A DNA stretch of 60,539 bases, from the IMG/VR virus record IMGVR_UViG_3300028048_000007, positions 1 to 60,539 of that record. One strand, given 5' to 3'. Below the pieces are notes generated by a model. That model did not search any database. It saw only the letters and a list, made by a program, of their open reading frames with translations, and was not told the origin of the DNA. Source of the stretch: a virus. This document shows, piece after piece, positions 1 to 8,660 of this stretch; positions within the stretch are counted from its first letter, which is position 1, and each line of letters starts with the position of its first letter. The position numbers and the translations under genes were made by a program.

Positions 1-127
1 CACAACCAAAATAATACGCTCCAATTTTCCACGCACCTGCTCTTGCTTGTGTATAGAAATTTTCAAACTGTGAATCTTTGTAATAACTTCCGTCTGCTCC
101 ACCTGCTTTAATTATACAGTGAGTAAA
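1..127. repeat. Terminal direct repeat: nt 1-127 identical to nt 60413-60539 (end overlap of a circularly closed contig; unique length 60412 bp)
   Basis: Both window ends compared base by base: 127/127 identical. Confidence 0.95.
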
Positions 128-754
128 ACCTTCATTCCAAGCATTTTTAAGATTAAAACCTTTTTGCCACCTTGAAATATCAATTCCAAAATTCGTTTCA
201 CAGCTTGTGGAAGTTTTTGAGTTGCTCTTAACAGGCTGTATTGTTTCGTTATATTCAACCCAAGGAAGTAAACCATAATCTGTCCAAGACCTTCCTTTTG
301 AACCACCTTTGTATAAAAATCTTTCACCCTTTTCATTTACATAGGTGTATTGAACTTTGCTCGCCCAATCAGAAGTACACTCAACTACATTAAAAGTATA
401 TCCATCTACGACAAAATCTCCAACATATACTCCTGCATGTTCATGTCCTCTGTCTGAAATATACAAATAAGTTCCTGCTTGTTTTAACTGTGAAAAATCT
501 TTGGAACGATTTGTGCATTGCATTAGTAGATGGTAACCATCACAATCACCTGTAGGAAAGTTTTTCGGAGAAACATAATAGCCTACAGTTCTGTTATCTG
601 TCCATCCAGCAAGAATTGCTTTTACCAAATTCCAACAATCAAAACTAAACCTGCTACCATCATAGTAACCACAATTTTTAGGAAACTTGTTACAATAATA
701 ATTTGGTACATCATGTGCAAGTTTAAGTTTAGATATAAAATCTGAAAGTTTCAT
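1..754 (-). CDS. Endolysin, 5' portion (aa 1-251 of a 493-aa ORF that crosses the circular junction and stops at 59685): NlpC/P60-type Cys/His peptidase followed by the start of a GH25 muramidase
   Basis: Absent from the ORF track because it has no in-window stop. Hand translation 754->2: ATG 752-754 behind GGAG, no stops, MKLSDFISKL..FDCWNLVKAI..GHEHAGVYVG..GIDISRWQKG. Frame is continuous with 59685..60314 across the overlap (754+728=1482 nt). Confidence 0.85.
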   Translation of the reverse strand, partial: MKLSDFISKLKLAHDVPNYYCNKFPKNCGYYDGSRFSFDCWNLVKAILAGWTDNRTVGYYVSPKNFPTGDCDGYHLLMQCTNRSKDFSQLKQAGTYLYISDRGHEHAGVYVGDFVVDGYTFNVVECTSDWASKVQYTYVNEKGERFLYKGGSKGRSWTDYGLLPWVEYNETIQPVKSNSKTSTSCETNFGIDISRWQKGFNLKNAWNEGFTHCIIKAGGADGSYYKDSQFENFYTQARAGAWKIGAYYFGC

Positions 755-763
755 ACTCACTCC

Positions 764-2794
764 TTACTCTAACCAAATCTTATCAACGGCAATGTAATTA
801 TTTCCACCAGAAACGGTGCTTGCCCAATAATCAGAAGTGGTTACAGAATACTGTGCATCCTTTAAATACAAAGTTGCAACGTTACCTCTATAACCAAATC
901 CAAGTTTTACAGAGTTAATTCCTTTGTTTAAAAAGTTTGTTTCCAAATCTGCCGCAATAACTTTTACATAACTATCATTGTTAGCCAACTTAAAACGAAC
1001 TTTTAAACTCTTGTAGCCTTCAACATCAATACCATTAACCGAACTAAAACCACAAGCATTTGTTGAATAATAAGAACACTGTATATAACTGCTTTGGAAA
1101 ACAGCAGAATTGGTTATACCAGACATTCTATTTGATAACTCAACGTATTGAGTTCCATTTTCATATAAAACCATTTCTGTACTTGGTTCTGGCTCTACCA
1201 CATCTTCTCTTCCATAAAATTGAAGTGTAAAAATCACCATACGTCTATTTGTTTCAAGTTGTGCAGTAGAGAATAATCTAAACGAACTCTTTATTGTGTT
1301 GAAAATTTTTGTAACACTTGCAGTGCCTTGATTAGCAAGTGTAATGTTAAATGCTTCACTCAAATCTGTAACATCAAATGAAAACCTATCAGTGCTACCT
1401 TGAACCTTGAACGTATAATGAGATTCTGCTGTCGTATTTGTTCCTATAAGTGCCTTACACATACAAATTCTTGTTTGTTCTGTAAATTCATACCCGACAT
1501 TGGCATCTAATACTTCGGCATTTGTTCTAAAAGAAGTTGAATCGTTACCGTCAAAAGCGTAATAATAAGGATTTTCACTTACAGCACCATAACCGAAACA
1601 CTCACCACTCGGAGTAGTATTACTTGTCATCTTCGGAGTTTTAACATTAAGCACTGACTCAAAGTATTCGCTATTGCAGATTGCTTCAAGCCATGTTGTA
1701 TCGGATAACAAAGTATTAGCACAGTAGTTATTTTGTCCGATATACTGCATTGCAGTTAAGTTGTCACAAAGGTTTTCAGAATAAAATTGTATAGTCCAAA
1801 ATCCGTTTCGGGTTACAGCACTCGCATTTGTTAAATAAATTCGCCAATATTCATGTGCATTTACTTCTGATACAGTTTGTGAAAACGGAAAAGCGTACTC
1901 GCTTTGTGTGACAGGAGTGCCATTACTTTCATTTATCGTAAATGTGTCAGAATCATTCCATGTAACTCCATCGTCAGAATATTGAATCTTCTCTGTCCTA
2001 ACTGCTCCTGTAGCCGCATTGAGCATTGCAGTTCCTTTGACTTTAGCTACCCTCTGTGCAGTCGCAAACTGATAGCCAAAACCCGAACCAGATGTTAATT
2101 GAGCACACCTTGAACAAGTAGTATCATCTCCGTCAAACACCAAATAAGCATCACCTTGGAAATATTGCCAAACAGTACAAACTCCGCTAGGTGTATTATT
2201 TGAAGTCATAACAGGCACAAGCGGAACTCCAACCCATGTCTTTGACCTAACCATGTAATCTACTGCGTTATTGGAATTAATAAGGGCAAGCAGTGTATCG
2301 GTATCTGCAAGAACCTCTGCAAGAGTGGTATAAGACTTATCATTTATTCCTGCACACTTTAACCATATCTGAATATCATCTGTAGGAAGGGCAGTTTTAC
2401 CATCCACTACTTCACTTAACTCTACCAAAAATTCATCCGTCACATCTACAGATTTTTGATAAACAGTTCCTTGATATGTAGTTGAAGCTACATAGACACC
2501 CTTTTGCTGTACATCAAAAGTAGCATTACCTGTATTATCAAATGTTGTTGTTCCCAACACAACATCATCTTTGCTTATTGTAATTGTGTTACCAAACAAA
2601 TTAGAATCTTCTGTAAAAATATGTATCGTATAACCAGAAGCAGAAGGAGTATAAGTACCTGTCAACAAAGCACCTGTCGCATCATGGAATGTTTTTCCTT
2701 GTAAAACATCTGATGCAACAACGGTATCTTCAGACAAATCCATTATCGTCTGATTACCATAAATAACCTTATTAGCATAAGGGTTGTTAGCCAT
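764..2794 (-). CDS. Tail fibre / receptor-binding protein with two tandem discoidin (F5/8 type C)-like carbohydrate-binding modules
   Basis: 676-aa ORF. N-terminus MANNPYANKV..HDATGALLTGT is paralogous to 2896..3498. Internal duplication: ..MTSNNTPSG..FDGDD..IQFYS (about 1778-2215) and ..MTSNTTPSG..FDGND..LQFYG (about 1211-1639). Confidence 0.8.
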   Translation of the reverse strand: MANNPYANKVIYGNQTIMDLSEDTVVASDVLQGKTFHDATGALLTGTYTPSASGYTIHIFTEDSNLFGNTITISKDDVVLGTTTFDNTGNATFDVQQKGVYVASTTYQGTVYQKSVDVTDEFLVELSEVVDGKTALPTDDIQIWLKCAGINDKSYTTLAEVLADTDTLLALINSNNAVDYMVRSKTWVGVPLVPVMTSNNTPSGVCTVWQYFQGDAYLVFDGDDTTCSRCAQLTSGSGFGYQFATAQRVAKVKGTAMLNAATGAVRTEKIQYSDDGVTWNDSDTFTINESNGTPVTQSEYAFPFSQTVSEVNAHEYWRIYLTNASAVTRNGFWTIQFYSENLCDNLTAMQYIGQNNYCANTLLSDTTWLEAICNSEYFESVLNVKTPKMTSNTTPSGECFGYGAVSENPYYYAFDGNDSTSFRTNAEVLDANVGYEFTEQTRICMCKALIGTNTTAESHYTFKVQGSTDRFSFDVTDLSEAFNITLANQGTASVTKIFNTIKSSFRLFSTAQLETNRRMVIFTLQFYGREDVVEPEPSTEMVLYENGTQYVELSNRMSGITNSAVFQSSYIQCSYYSTNACGFSSVNGIDVEGYKSLKVRFKLANNDSYVKVIAADLETNFLNKGINSVKLGFGYRGNVATLYLKDAQYSVTTSDYWASTVSGGNNYIAVDKIWLE

Positions 2795-2856
2795 AATAAA
2801 ATCTCCTTATCATTTGTGTATTCACATTTGGTGTCACAAATCTTATTAACTACAAT

Positions 2857-2876
2857 GGGGAGGTAAACACCTCCCC
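2857..2876. terminator. GC-rich hairpin GGGGAGGT-aaac-ACCTCCCC between the two fibre genes
   Basis: Perfect 8-bp stem. The T-run (ccatttttattttt) is on the plus side and an A-run on the other, so it is stronger as a plus-strand (antisense-blocking) terminator than for the coding strand. Confidence 0.5.
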
Positions 2877-2895
2877 ACCATTTTTATTTTTAAAT

Positions 2896-3498
2896 TTATG
2901 AAGAAGGTGCTACATCACCAATAGTAACAGTTTTTCCTCCTGCTGAATTATCTGTTTCAACATAAGAAATTGCATTAACTGTTACCTGTGACAAATAATC
3001 ATACCCTGCATCGGGAAGAATTGTTTGTGCTGTGGTATAAGGCGTTGCTGTTTTTGCCTGTGCCGTAACACCCTCACCTGTATAAGTTCCTGTTACTCCA
3101 AGAATGTTTACACCATCCTTAATGTTACTTGCAATAATCTTTGCCTGTTCAGTTGCATCAATCTGAACATGTCCAGAACCATCATGGTAACCTTGCGGTA
3201 CTGTTACCTGTTGTGCAACAGCAGAAATGTCTTCGTCAATAGCACCACGATTAGGCATTGTTCCTGTTAACAAAGTACCTCTTGCATGTGCCGTTTTACC
3301 ATTTAAAATTTCTCCAACAAGTGCTGTGTCCTGTGAAGTATCACTATCTTTTGTAGAAGTACCTGTGATAATAGCACCTGTCGCATCATGTGCTGTTACA
3401 CCGTTTGCAAGGTCTGATGGTGTAATAGTATCAGCCGTAAGGTCTATTTTTACTTCATTTCCGAACACAACCTTGTTTACATATTGATTGTTAGCCAT
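2896..3498 (-). CDS. Tail fibre protein, short paralogue (200 aa) with three G(K/V)T-AH-x-G-x-(I/L)TGT repeats
   Basis: ORF track 2896..3519. Start moved to MANNQYVNKV (ATG 3496-3498) behind GGAGGA. N-terminal ~47 aa align with the 764..2794 product. Confidence 0.75.
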   Translation of the reverse strand: MANNQYVNKVVFGNEVKIDLTADTITPSDLANGVTAHDATGAIITGTSTKDSDTSQDTALVGEILNGKTAHARGTLLTGTMPNRGAIDEDISAVAQQVTVPQGYHDGSGHVQIDATEQAKIIASNIKDGVNILGVTGTYTGEGVTAQAKTATPYTTAQTILPDAGYDYLSQVTVNAISYVETDNSAGGKTVTIGDVAPSS

Positions 3499-3502
3499 TC
3501 TA

Positions 3503-3754
3503 TCATCCTCCAATAACAAAAGTTACACCTTTCACATTACTCGTTTCATAATAAGGTATTTCCTCCACTGTTATGTTTTGCTTAACAACAGTGTTTTGAG
3601 TATCAAGTATTGTTGACTCTCTTACTTTTGGAGTAACATTTATTTGACCAGTGTAAACAGGGTATTCACTTCCACCACCACCCTCTCTTACTGTAAGTGA
3701 AATATGTGTTTCCTCTCTTACAACAAGTGGGATATGCACTTCAAGGGGTTGCAT
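3503..3754 (-). CDS. Hypothetical protein (83 aa)
   Basis: ORF track; tight same-strand packing between terminase and fibre genes. Confidence 0.6.
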   Translation of the reverse strand: MQPLEVHIPLVVREETHISLTVREGGGGSEYPVYTGQINVTPKVRESTILDTQNTVVKQNITVEEIPYYETSNVKGVTFVIGG

Positions 3755-3755
3755 A

Positions 3756-4061
3756 TTAAATCACCCCTTCCTTTAATATCTTTTCAACATCAATCTTTGC
3801 AATGGTAGAAGCAAAGGCAAGATTATTTGTTGTCCTAAACCTAACCTGTACATCACAAGTACCATTAAATAGCTTCAAGGTGTCTTCCTGTGTCAACGTT
3901 ACTATAACCGTTTTGGTTTCGGAATTAACCCTAACCTCACTTAATTCTTTTGTGATTTCAACCATAGGACTCTTAAATGTCACCCAAAGTTCAGCAAGGT
4001 CATCAAGAGGTAACTCCGTTTCCAAGTCCAAAAATATAGTTGGGGTTGTTCCTCTAAACAT
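3756..4061 (-). CDS. Hypothetical beta-rich protein (101 aa), probably virion-associated
   Basis: ORF track. MFRGTTPT..LTQEDTLKL.. pattern that I recall next to fibre genes in Firmicute phages (memory only). Confidence 0.6.
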   Translation of the reverse strand: MFRGTTPTIFLDLETELPLDDLAELWVTFKSPMVEITKELSEVRVNSETKTVIVTLTQEDTLKLFNGTCDVQVRFRTTNNLAFASTIAKIDVEKILKEGVI

Positions 4062-4075
4062 CTTCCTACCTCCGA

Positions 4076-4354
4076 TTATTCTTCCTTGGTTTCAACCAAC
4101 TTTTCAACCTTCTGCGGTTTCTTAATCATCTTGAATTTTTCCGCTTTGTCTTTGGGAACAAGTCCTACACCACTCTTTGTCTTAACGATTACATCACCTT
4201 CATGTGCAATCTTGATTTCTTGTGGTGAGTTTATTCTATAGAAAACTTCATCATCATTTTCAACCCTCTGAATGATGTTGTTTGACATATAGCCTTTTAC
4301 CCAATCGGGAATATTGCCACTTCCTAAAATAAACGTTTCAATCGTTTTAGGCAT
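4076..4354 (-). CDS. Hypothetical protein (92 aa)
   Basis: ORF track 4076..4369; start moved to MPKTIETF behind GGAGG. Confidence 0.6.
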   Translation of the reverse strand: MPKTIETFILGSGNIPDWVKGYMSNNIIQRVENDDEVFYRINSPQEIKIAHEGDVIVKTKSGVGLVPKDKAEKFKMIKKPQKVEKLVETKEE

Positions 4355-4375
4355 TTCATTTACCTCCATTTGTTA

Positions 4376-5722
4376 TTACCTACCTCTAATACTATTATTC
4401 TTTCTCTCCTTAACATCAGCTACATAATAATCATCAAGTGCATACCATATAGCGGAAAGGGTGTGAGGGTCGATGTTAAACTCACTGTACTTTAAACTTC
4501 CATCGGGATTCTTTTTGTAACTCAAATCCCTACACTCACGAATAGTATTATGGCAATTGCTACTACAAATAATTCGCTTAAAGCGTTTTATCTTTTTGGT
4601 ATTTGCAATTCTACTTCCTTCTGTTTTCTTATCGCACTTCTTTAAACAAGGTCGCATTTGGAAACCCTGTTTACGATAATACTTGATTGTTTTAGGCTCT
4701 GCACAATCTGCACGAATAACTTCATCCTTAATACCTTTATCCCACTTTTGAAGTGCAATAGCGGTTTCATCATCGGTCATATGATTTCGGTAATACTCAT
4801 CATAAATGTATAACCATTTGTTAACATCATCAACTGCAACTTTAAGCACAGCATTGTAACTTGTTTCAAAACCGAAATCCATACCGACTCTATGGAAATT
4901 AGCAGGTACATTAAGTACAGCCTTATCAACCAATTTAGCAGACATAACTTCAAATTGAGGAAGTACACGAAGTCCAGTAGCACCGAACTGTCCTAATCTT
5001 GCAACAACCCAAAGTTCTTTATCATATGTTTTCATTTCATCCAAACGTCTTATATAAGCAGGTGGTAAGAATTGGTTATCATCACAAGTGCTATGGTGAT
5101 AGTAAACTCCGTTCTTCACCAATACTTTCTTCTTATACAAAACTTCGGGTTTAACAATAATGGTAGTATTTCCATCACTGTCAGTGTTCTCAAAGAACTG
5201 TTGGTAAACCCAGTTATTTTTACTTATAGGGTTACAGGTAAGTATGAAGTGCATACTGATACCATTTGTACGAATACGCCCTAATATTTCCAAGTAAGCA
5301 TCGAGGGAAACTTCTGAACATTCCTCTATCCATACAATACTTACACCGTTTAACGACTTTAGTTTTTCGGTACTATCCATACCTTTGAAGATTATTCTAC
5401 TTCCATTAGGAAATTTGAATTCAAGTGGAGCATTTTTAAAACACACTTTGGTCTTATGTTGTCTTACACCAACATCTGCAAGCAACCCCATGTCATCCAA
5501 AACCTGTTTAATTAAGTCGAATGTACTCTCTTTGTGTGTGTCGTATACATCTCTGAATACACACGCCTTTCTTTTCTCTGCAAACAGTTTCAGAATTATC
5601 TTTTGAACCGTACTGTGTGATTTACTACTACCATATCCACCAATTACCAAATACTTTTCATAATCCCAATCGAAGATGTAATTATCAAAAGCAGGATTGA
5701 TACACATTGTTGCTTTCGGCAT
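4376..5722 (-). CDS. terL: Terminase large subunit (PBSX/Terminase_3-like)
   Basis: Walker A GGYGSSKSH, Walker B IVWIEECSE, C-terminal nuclease region (GMDFGFE). Start moved to MPKATM (ATG 5720-5722) behind AAGGAGAGAG. Confidence 0.9.
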   Translation of the reverse strand: MPKATMCINPAFDNYIFDWDYEKYLVIGGYGSSKSHSTVQKIILKLFAEKRKACVFRDVYDTHKESTFDLIKQVLDDMGLLADVGVRQHKTKVCFKNAPLEFKFPNGSRIIFKGMDSTEKLKSLNGVSIVWIEECSEVSLDAYLEILGRIRTNGISMHFILTCNPISKNNWVYQQFFENTDSDGNTTIIVKPEVLYKKKVLVKNGVYYHHSTCDDNQFLPPAYIRRLDEMKTYDKELWVVARLGQFGATGLRVLPQFEVMSAKLVDKAVLNVPANFHRVGMDFGFETSYNAVLKVAVDDVNKWLYIYDEYYRNHMTDDETAIALQKWDKGIKDEVIRADCAEPKTIKYYRKQGFQMRPCLKKCDKKTEGSRIANTKKIKRFKRIICSSNCHNTIRECRDLSYKKNPDGSLKYSEFNIDPHTLSAIWYALDDYYVADVKERKNNSIRGR

Positions 5723-5753
5723 TTTACTCTCTCCTTTTTTATATAATAGCAAA

Positions 5754-5783
5754 ACAAGCCATCGACTTCTGCCGATAACTTGT
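5754..5783 (-). promoter_or_regulatory. Hairpin in the terL leader (AACAAG..ATCG / CGAT..CTTGTT, then TTTTG on the coding strand); attenuator/terminator-like
   Basis: Read by eye; lies between the 5861-5888 promoter and the terL RBS. Confidence 0.35.
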
Positions 5784-5860
5784 TGCCTATAACTTTTAAC
5801 TTTTTACAAGGGAATCTTTACAATAGAATATATTTGAATAGAATACTTCCGACATATACA

Positions 5861-5888
5861 ATTATACCATATATATAATATAAGTCAA
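5861..5888 (-). promoter_or_regulatory. Sigma-A-type promoter for terL (-35 TTGACT, 16-nt spacer, -10 TATAAT)
   Basis: Reverse complement of 5861-5888 reads TTGACTtatattatatatatggTATAAT. Confidence 0.55.
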
Positions 5889-6129
5889 CAAACATTCTAT
5901 TCATATATAATACATTTCGATACATAAAATCATTTTTGAATTTTACTTTTTCTTTTATATATTTTCTTTTTATATATTATATATATTTATATATACATAT
6001 AACATACATATTACTGATATACAGCGAAAAGCGGATAAAAATTTTTAGTAAATGGAAGTGAGTAGCGTTCAAAGTGTTTTTAATGCACTTCAAAACATTC
6101 TACTCAATCTTCCATATTCTTACTAATTG

Positions 6130-6804
6130 TTACTCTTCACTTTCATCATCTTCCCAGTTATCCCAAAGTTCACTTTCTTCATCACTTAATTCATCTGAAT
6201 CATCACCACTTTGTTCTAACTGCTCTTTTGTGTATGTTACAGATTTGTTTATTACATCACCGTTTTCATCGTAAATTTCAACGTTCTCATCTTCATCGGT
6301 AACTTCTTCATCTTCATCGTAGATATCAATTTTCTGTTTATTTCCTCTTTGTATAGTAATAGTAACTTGACTATCATCGGGGTCAACTTCAACAATTTTA
6401 TCTCTATTAAGTTTCCAATCTTCAAATTTTCTGTTATTAAGCCAGAACATTGCGGCTTTGACATTCGGTGGAACTTCTTTTACGGTTGTTTCTTTCAACA
6501 TCTCAACCATTTCACCATTTACCATTTTCTTTCCTATGGTAACCTTAATCTCTTTCGTTTTATATCCTAATGCCGCTTTTAAAATAGCATTTTCAACTTG
6601 ATAATCTACAAGTTCTCTTGTTGTATTAATTGCTTCATCTATTTCAGCATATTTCTTTTGCCATTTTACGAGAGTGTTTACATTTATATTCATACGCTTT
6701 GCAATTTCTGCTTTACTAAATGTATCTCTCGACCAACTTCTTATTAATTCAAGTCCATCTTCTGTAAGCCAATAATCGACTTTACTTTCATTTATGTTTC
6801 CCAT
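6130..6804 (-). CDS. terS: Terminase small subunit (N-terminal HTH) with a strongly acidic C-terminal tail (..ELWDNWEDDESEE)
   Basis: 224-aa ORF. The segment ..TFSKAEIAKRMNINVNTLVKWQKKYAEIDEAI.. is typical of terS HTH domains; position upstream of terL. Confidence 0.7.
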   Translation of the reverse strand: MGNINESKVDYWLTEDGLELIRSWSRDTFSKAEIAKRMNINVNTLVKWQKKYAEIDEAINTTRELVDYQVENAILKAALGYKTKEIKVTIGKKMVNGEMVEMLKETTVKEVPPNVKAAMFWLNNRKFEDWKLNRDKIVEVDPDDSQVTITIQRGNKQKIDIYDEDEEVTDEDENVEIYDENGDVINKSVTYTKEQLEQSGDDSDELSDEESELWDNWEDDESEE

Positions 6805-6953
6805 GACAAATAAAACCTCCTATGTTCAAATTCAAATCAGAAAACAAAAAATTTTGATATGCTTTTTTCAATTTTTATATCAATATGCCATACCCTTTTA
6901 AATAGTGGTGGCTCACAATGAATCAGTTTAATTCAAATTGCTGTGGTTAACGT

Positions 6954-7035
6954 TCACTTTGCTATGCTTTCATTCACTTCATTTCACATCACTTCTCATC
7001 TCACTCACGCTCACAGCACTTTGAATGACGCTCAC
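6954..7035. repeat. Phased TCAC(T) repeats upstream of terS (candidate terS-binding / pac-type region)
   Basis: TCAC at 6954, 6974, 6984, 6989, 7001, 7005, 7011 and 7032, i.e. largely on a ~10-bp register. Confidence 0.4.
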
Positions 7036-7253
7036 TTCAAATGGCTTTATATATGAAATGGGTGGAGGATTTCTGGGAGAGTAGTAGCGCACAAAAATTA
7101 AATAGCACCCATTATGATTGCCTATCCCCCACACACCTGTTATTATTTCATGCGTTATATATCGGGTGTTATTGTGGGGATTTGATAACAGATTTTATTT
7201 TTTATCGAGAGGCTGGCAACGTACCTATTCAATCACACTTATTATTTATTTTA

Positions 7254-7406
7254 TCACTCACTGTATAATATAACAGCTTTTATTATTCCATATCTTTTTA
7301 CAGTATTAAAGAAACACTTGTAATAAAAACATATACTTTTTAAATATCCCTTTAAACTACCATTACTTTTTCTACTTATTCTTTCATAGTCTATTATATG
7401 AAACAT
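7254..7406 (-). CDS. Possible small protein (50 aa)
   Basis: Hand translation MFHIIDYERISRK..AVILYSE; ATG 7404-7406 sits 8 nt after GGAGG; below the ORF-track cutoff. Confidence 0.35.
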   Translation of the reverse strand: MFHIIDYERISRKSNGSLKGYLKSICFYYKCFFNTVKRYGIIKAVILYSE

Positions 7407-7426
7407 ACTTTTAAACCTCCTATTTT

Positions 7427-7497
7427 GCCCCATATTTACATTTTATACTTTTAATGTATTTCTATACACTTATTATATTTCGGTGCAAATATGGGGC
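7427..7497 (-). repeat. 14-bp inverted repeat (GCCCCATATTTgCA / TGtAAATATGGGGC, one G.U on the coding strand) with a 43-nt loop, just downstream of 7509..7988
   Basis: Read by eye; no T-run follows, so not a classical terminator. Confidence 0.5.
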
Positions 7498-7508
7498 GTT
7501 TATGGTCT

Positions 7509-7988
7509 TTATTCATACCATTTATTAATATAATGGTTAATACTTGTATTTGCGAAAATAGTCTTTTTTGATAACGTGTTATAAGGATATATAAGGGCGA
7601 AAATATCATATAGATTATTAATGATAGTTTCTATATCATGTCTACAATTTGACATTGTATAGAAACAATATTCGGTATCATGAAAAGTTTCACCCATTGC
7701 ATTTATATAATCCGCTTTTTTCCAAGTATCAATACAAGCATGATAACGAATATATTTTCCATTTGGTTTGCACTCATATACAATCTTTTCAAGTGCTGTT
7801 ATAAGCTGATTAAGAATACTTTCATCTGATACTTTTTTATCTTTAGTTTTTGCGATTAAGTGATTAATACTCATATCAAATAATATTTTGCTGTTTTTAC
7901 GGTCATTTTTATAAAACAGTATATATGCACCGTTTGACTGGTAGGGCGTGTTATAAGTGTCTTTGTACAGGTTTCTATTTTCCGTCAT
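7509..7988 (-). CDS. Hypothetical protein (159 aa)
   Basis: ORF track; last gene of the early direction before the terS control region. Confidence 0.65.
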   Translation of the reverse strand: MTENRNLYKDTYNTPYQSNGAYILFYKNDRKNSKILFDMSINHLIAKTKDKKVSDESILNQLITALEKIVYECKPNGKYIRYHACIDTWKKADYINAMGETFHDTEYCFYTMSNCRHDIETIINNLYDIFALIYPYNTLSKKTIFANTSINHYINKWYE

Positions 7989-8096
7989 GTCGTTTTCCCT
8001 CCTGTTAAAAATCGTTAGCTGTTTTTAGCTGATTTTTTTAAATACAGTTTCATTATTCATTTACAAAACTTGTTATATATTGCGTGTTTGCCATTT

Positions 8097-8420
8097 TTAC
8101 GCCCTCCAATTTACTAAAAATCCGTTTATATCGGTATCAACTAATATTTCATCACGGCGTGTTTTTGAGTGATAAACAAGTATCAAATCATTATTTTCGT
8201 TGCGGTATAAATAGCCACATGTAAACATGAAACCATTAGCGGATATTATCTTGTATGCATATCCATTATTTTTAAACATCTCCGCTTTTATATCATTTTC
8301 AGCCGATATTTTATAATCACTACATTTTGTCTTGTATGCATCCACAACGTTATAAGTTTCACTGTTAAAAAATCTTTCATAAATGTTTCTGGCTGTTTTG
8401 TTTGTACTTGTTTTCATCAT
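8097..8420 (-). CDS. Hypothetical protein (107 aa)
   Basis: ORF track. Confidence 0.65.
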   Translation of the reverse strand: MMKTSTNKTARNIYERFFNSETYNVVDAYKTKCSDYKISAENDIKAEMFKNNGYAYKIISANGFMFTCGYLYRNENNDLILVYHSKTRRDEILVDTDINGFLVNWRA

Positions 8421-8439
8421 ATTGTTTTACCTCCTGTTT

Positions 8440-8619
8440 TCAACTCCGCTTTTCTACTACTCCGTTATTGTATCTGTATTCGTGACCGTTAACTTCAAAT
8501 AATACGTAGTTTCCGTTTCCATCACCCTCTAACAAAACTATGTCTTTTAAAGGTGCGGTAAAACCGTATTCATTTTTTAATACTATTTGTGCTAACTGTT
8601 TGAACTCTGTTTTTGTCAT
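8440..8619 (-). CDS. Small hypothetical protein (59 aa)
   Basis: Hand translation MTKTEFKQLAQIVLKNEYGF..; ATG 8617-8619 sits 8 nt after GGAGG; first gene behind the 8661-8689 promoter. Confidence 0.55.
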   Translation of the reverse strand: MTKTEFKQLAQIVLKNEYGFTAPLKDIVLLEGDGNGNYVLFEVNGHEYRYNNGVVEKRS

Positions 8620-8660
8620 GTTTAAAACCTCCGTTTAGTGTGGTTTGTTTTGTTGTGCTA

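Noticed and set aside
1-127. Genuine direct terminal repeat of the virion DNA
   Set aside because: An exact short overlap at contig ends that falls inside a coding sequence is more simply an assembly circularisation artefact. True termini need read-start data.
112-336. 74-aa minus-strand ORF at the window start
   Set aside because: It lies out of frame inside the hand-verified endolysin ORF (754->1), and its sequence is not protein-like.
7041-7268. 75-aa plus-strand ORF upstream of terS
   Set aside because: No RBS. It starts inside the inverted-repeat arm and overlaps a better-supported minus-strand small ORF. Its composition is not convincing.
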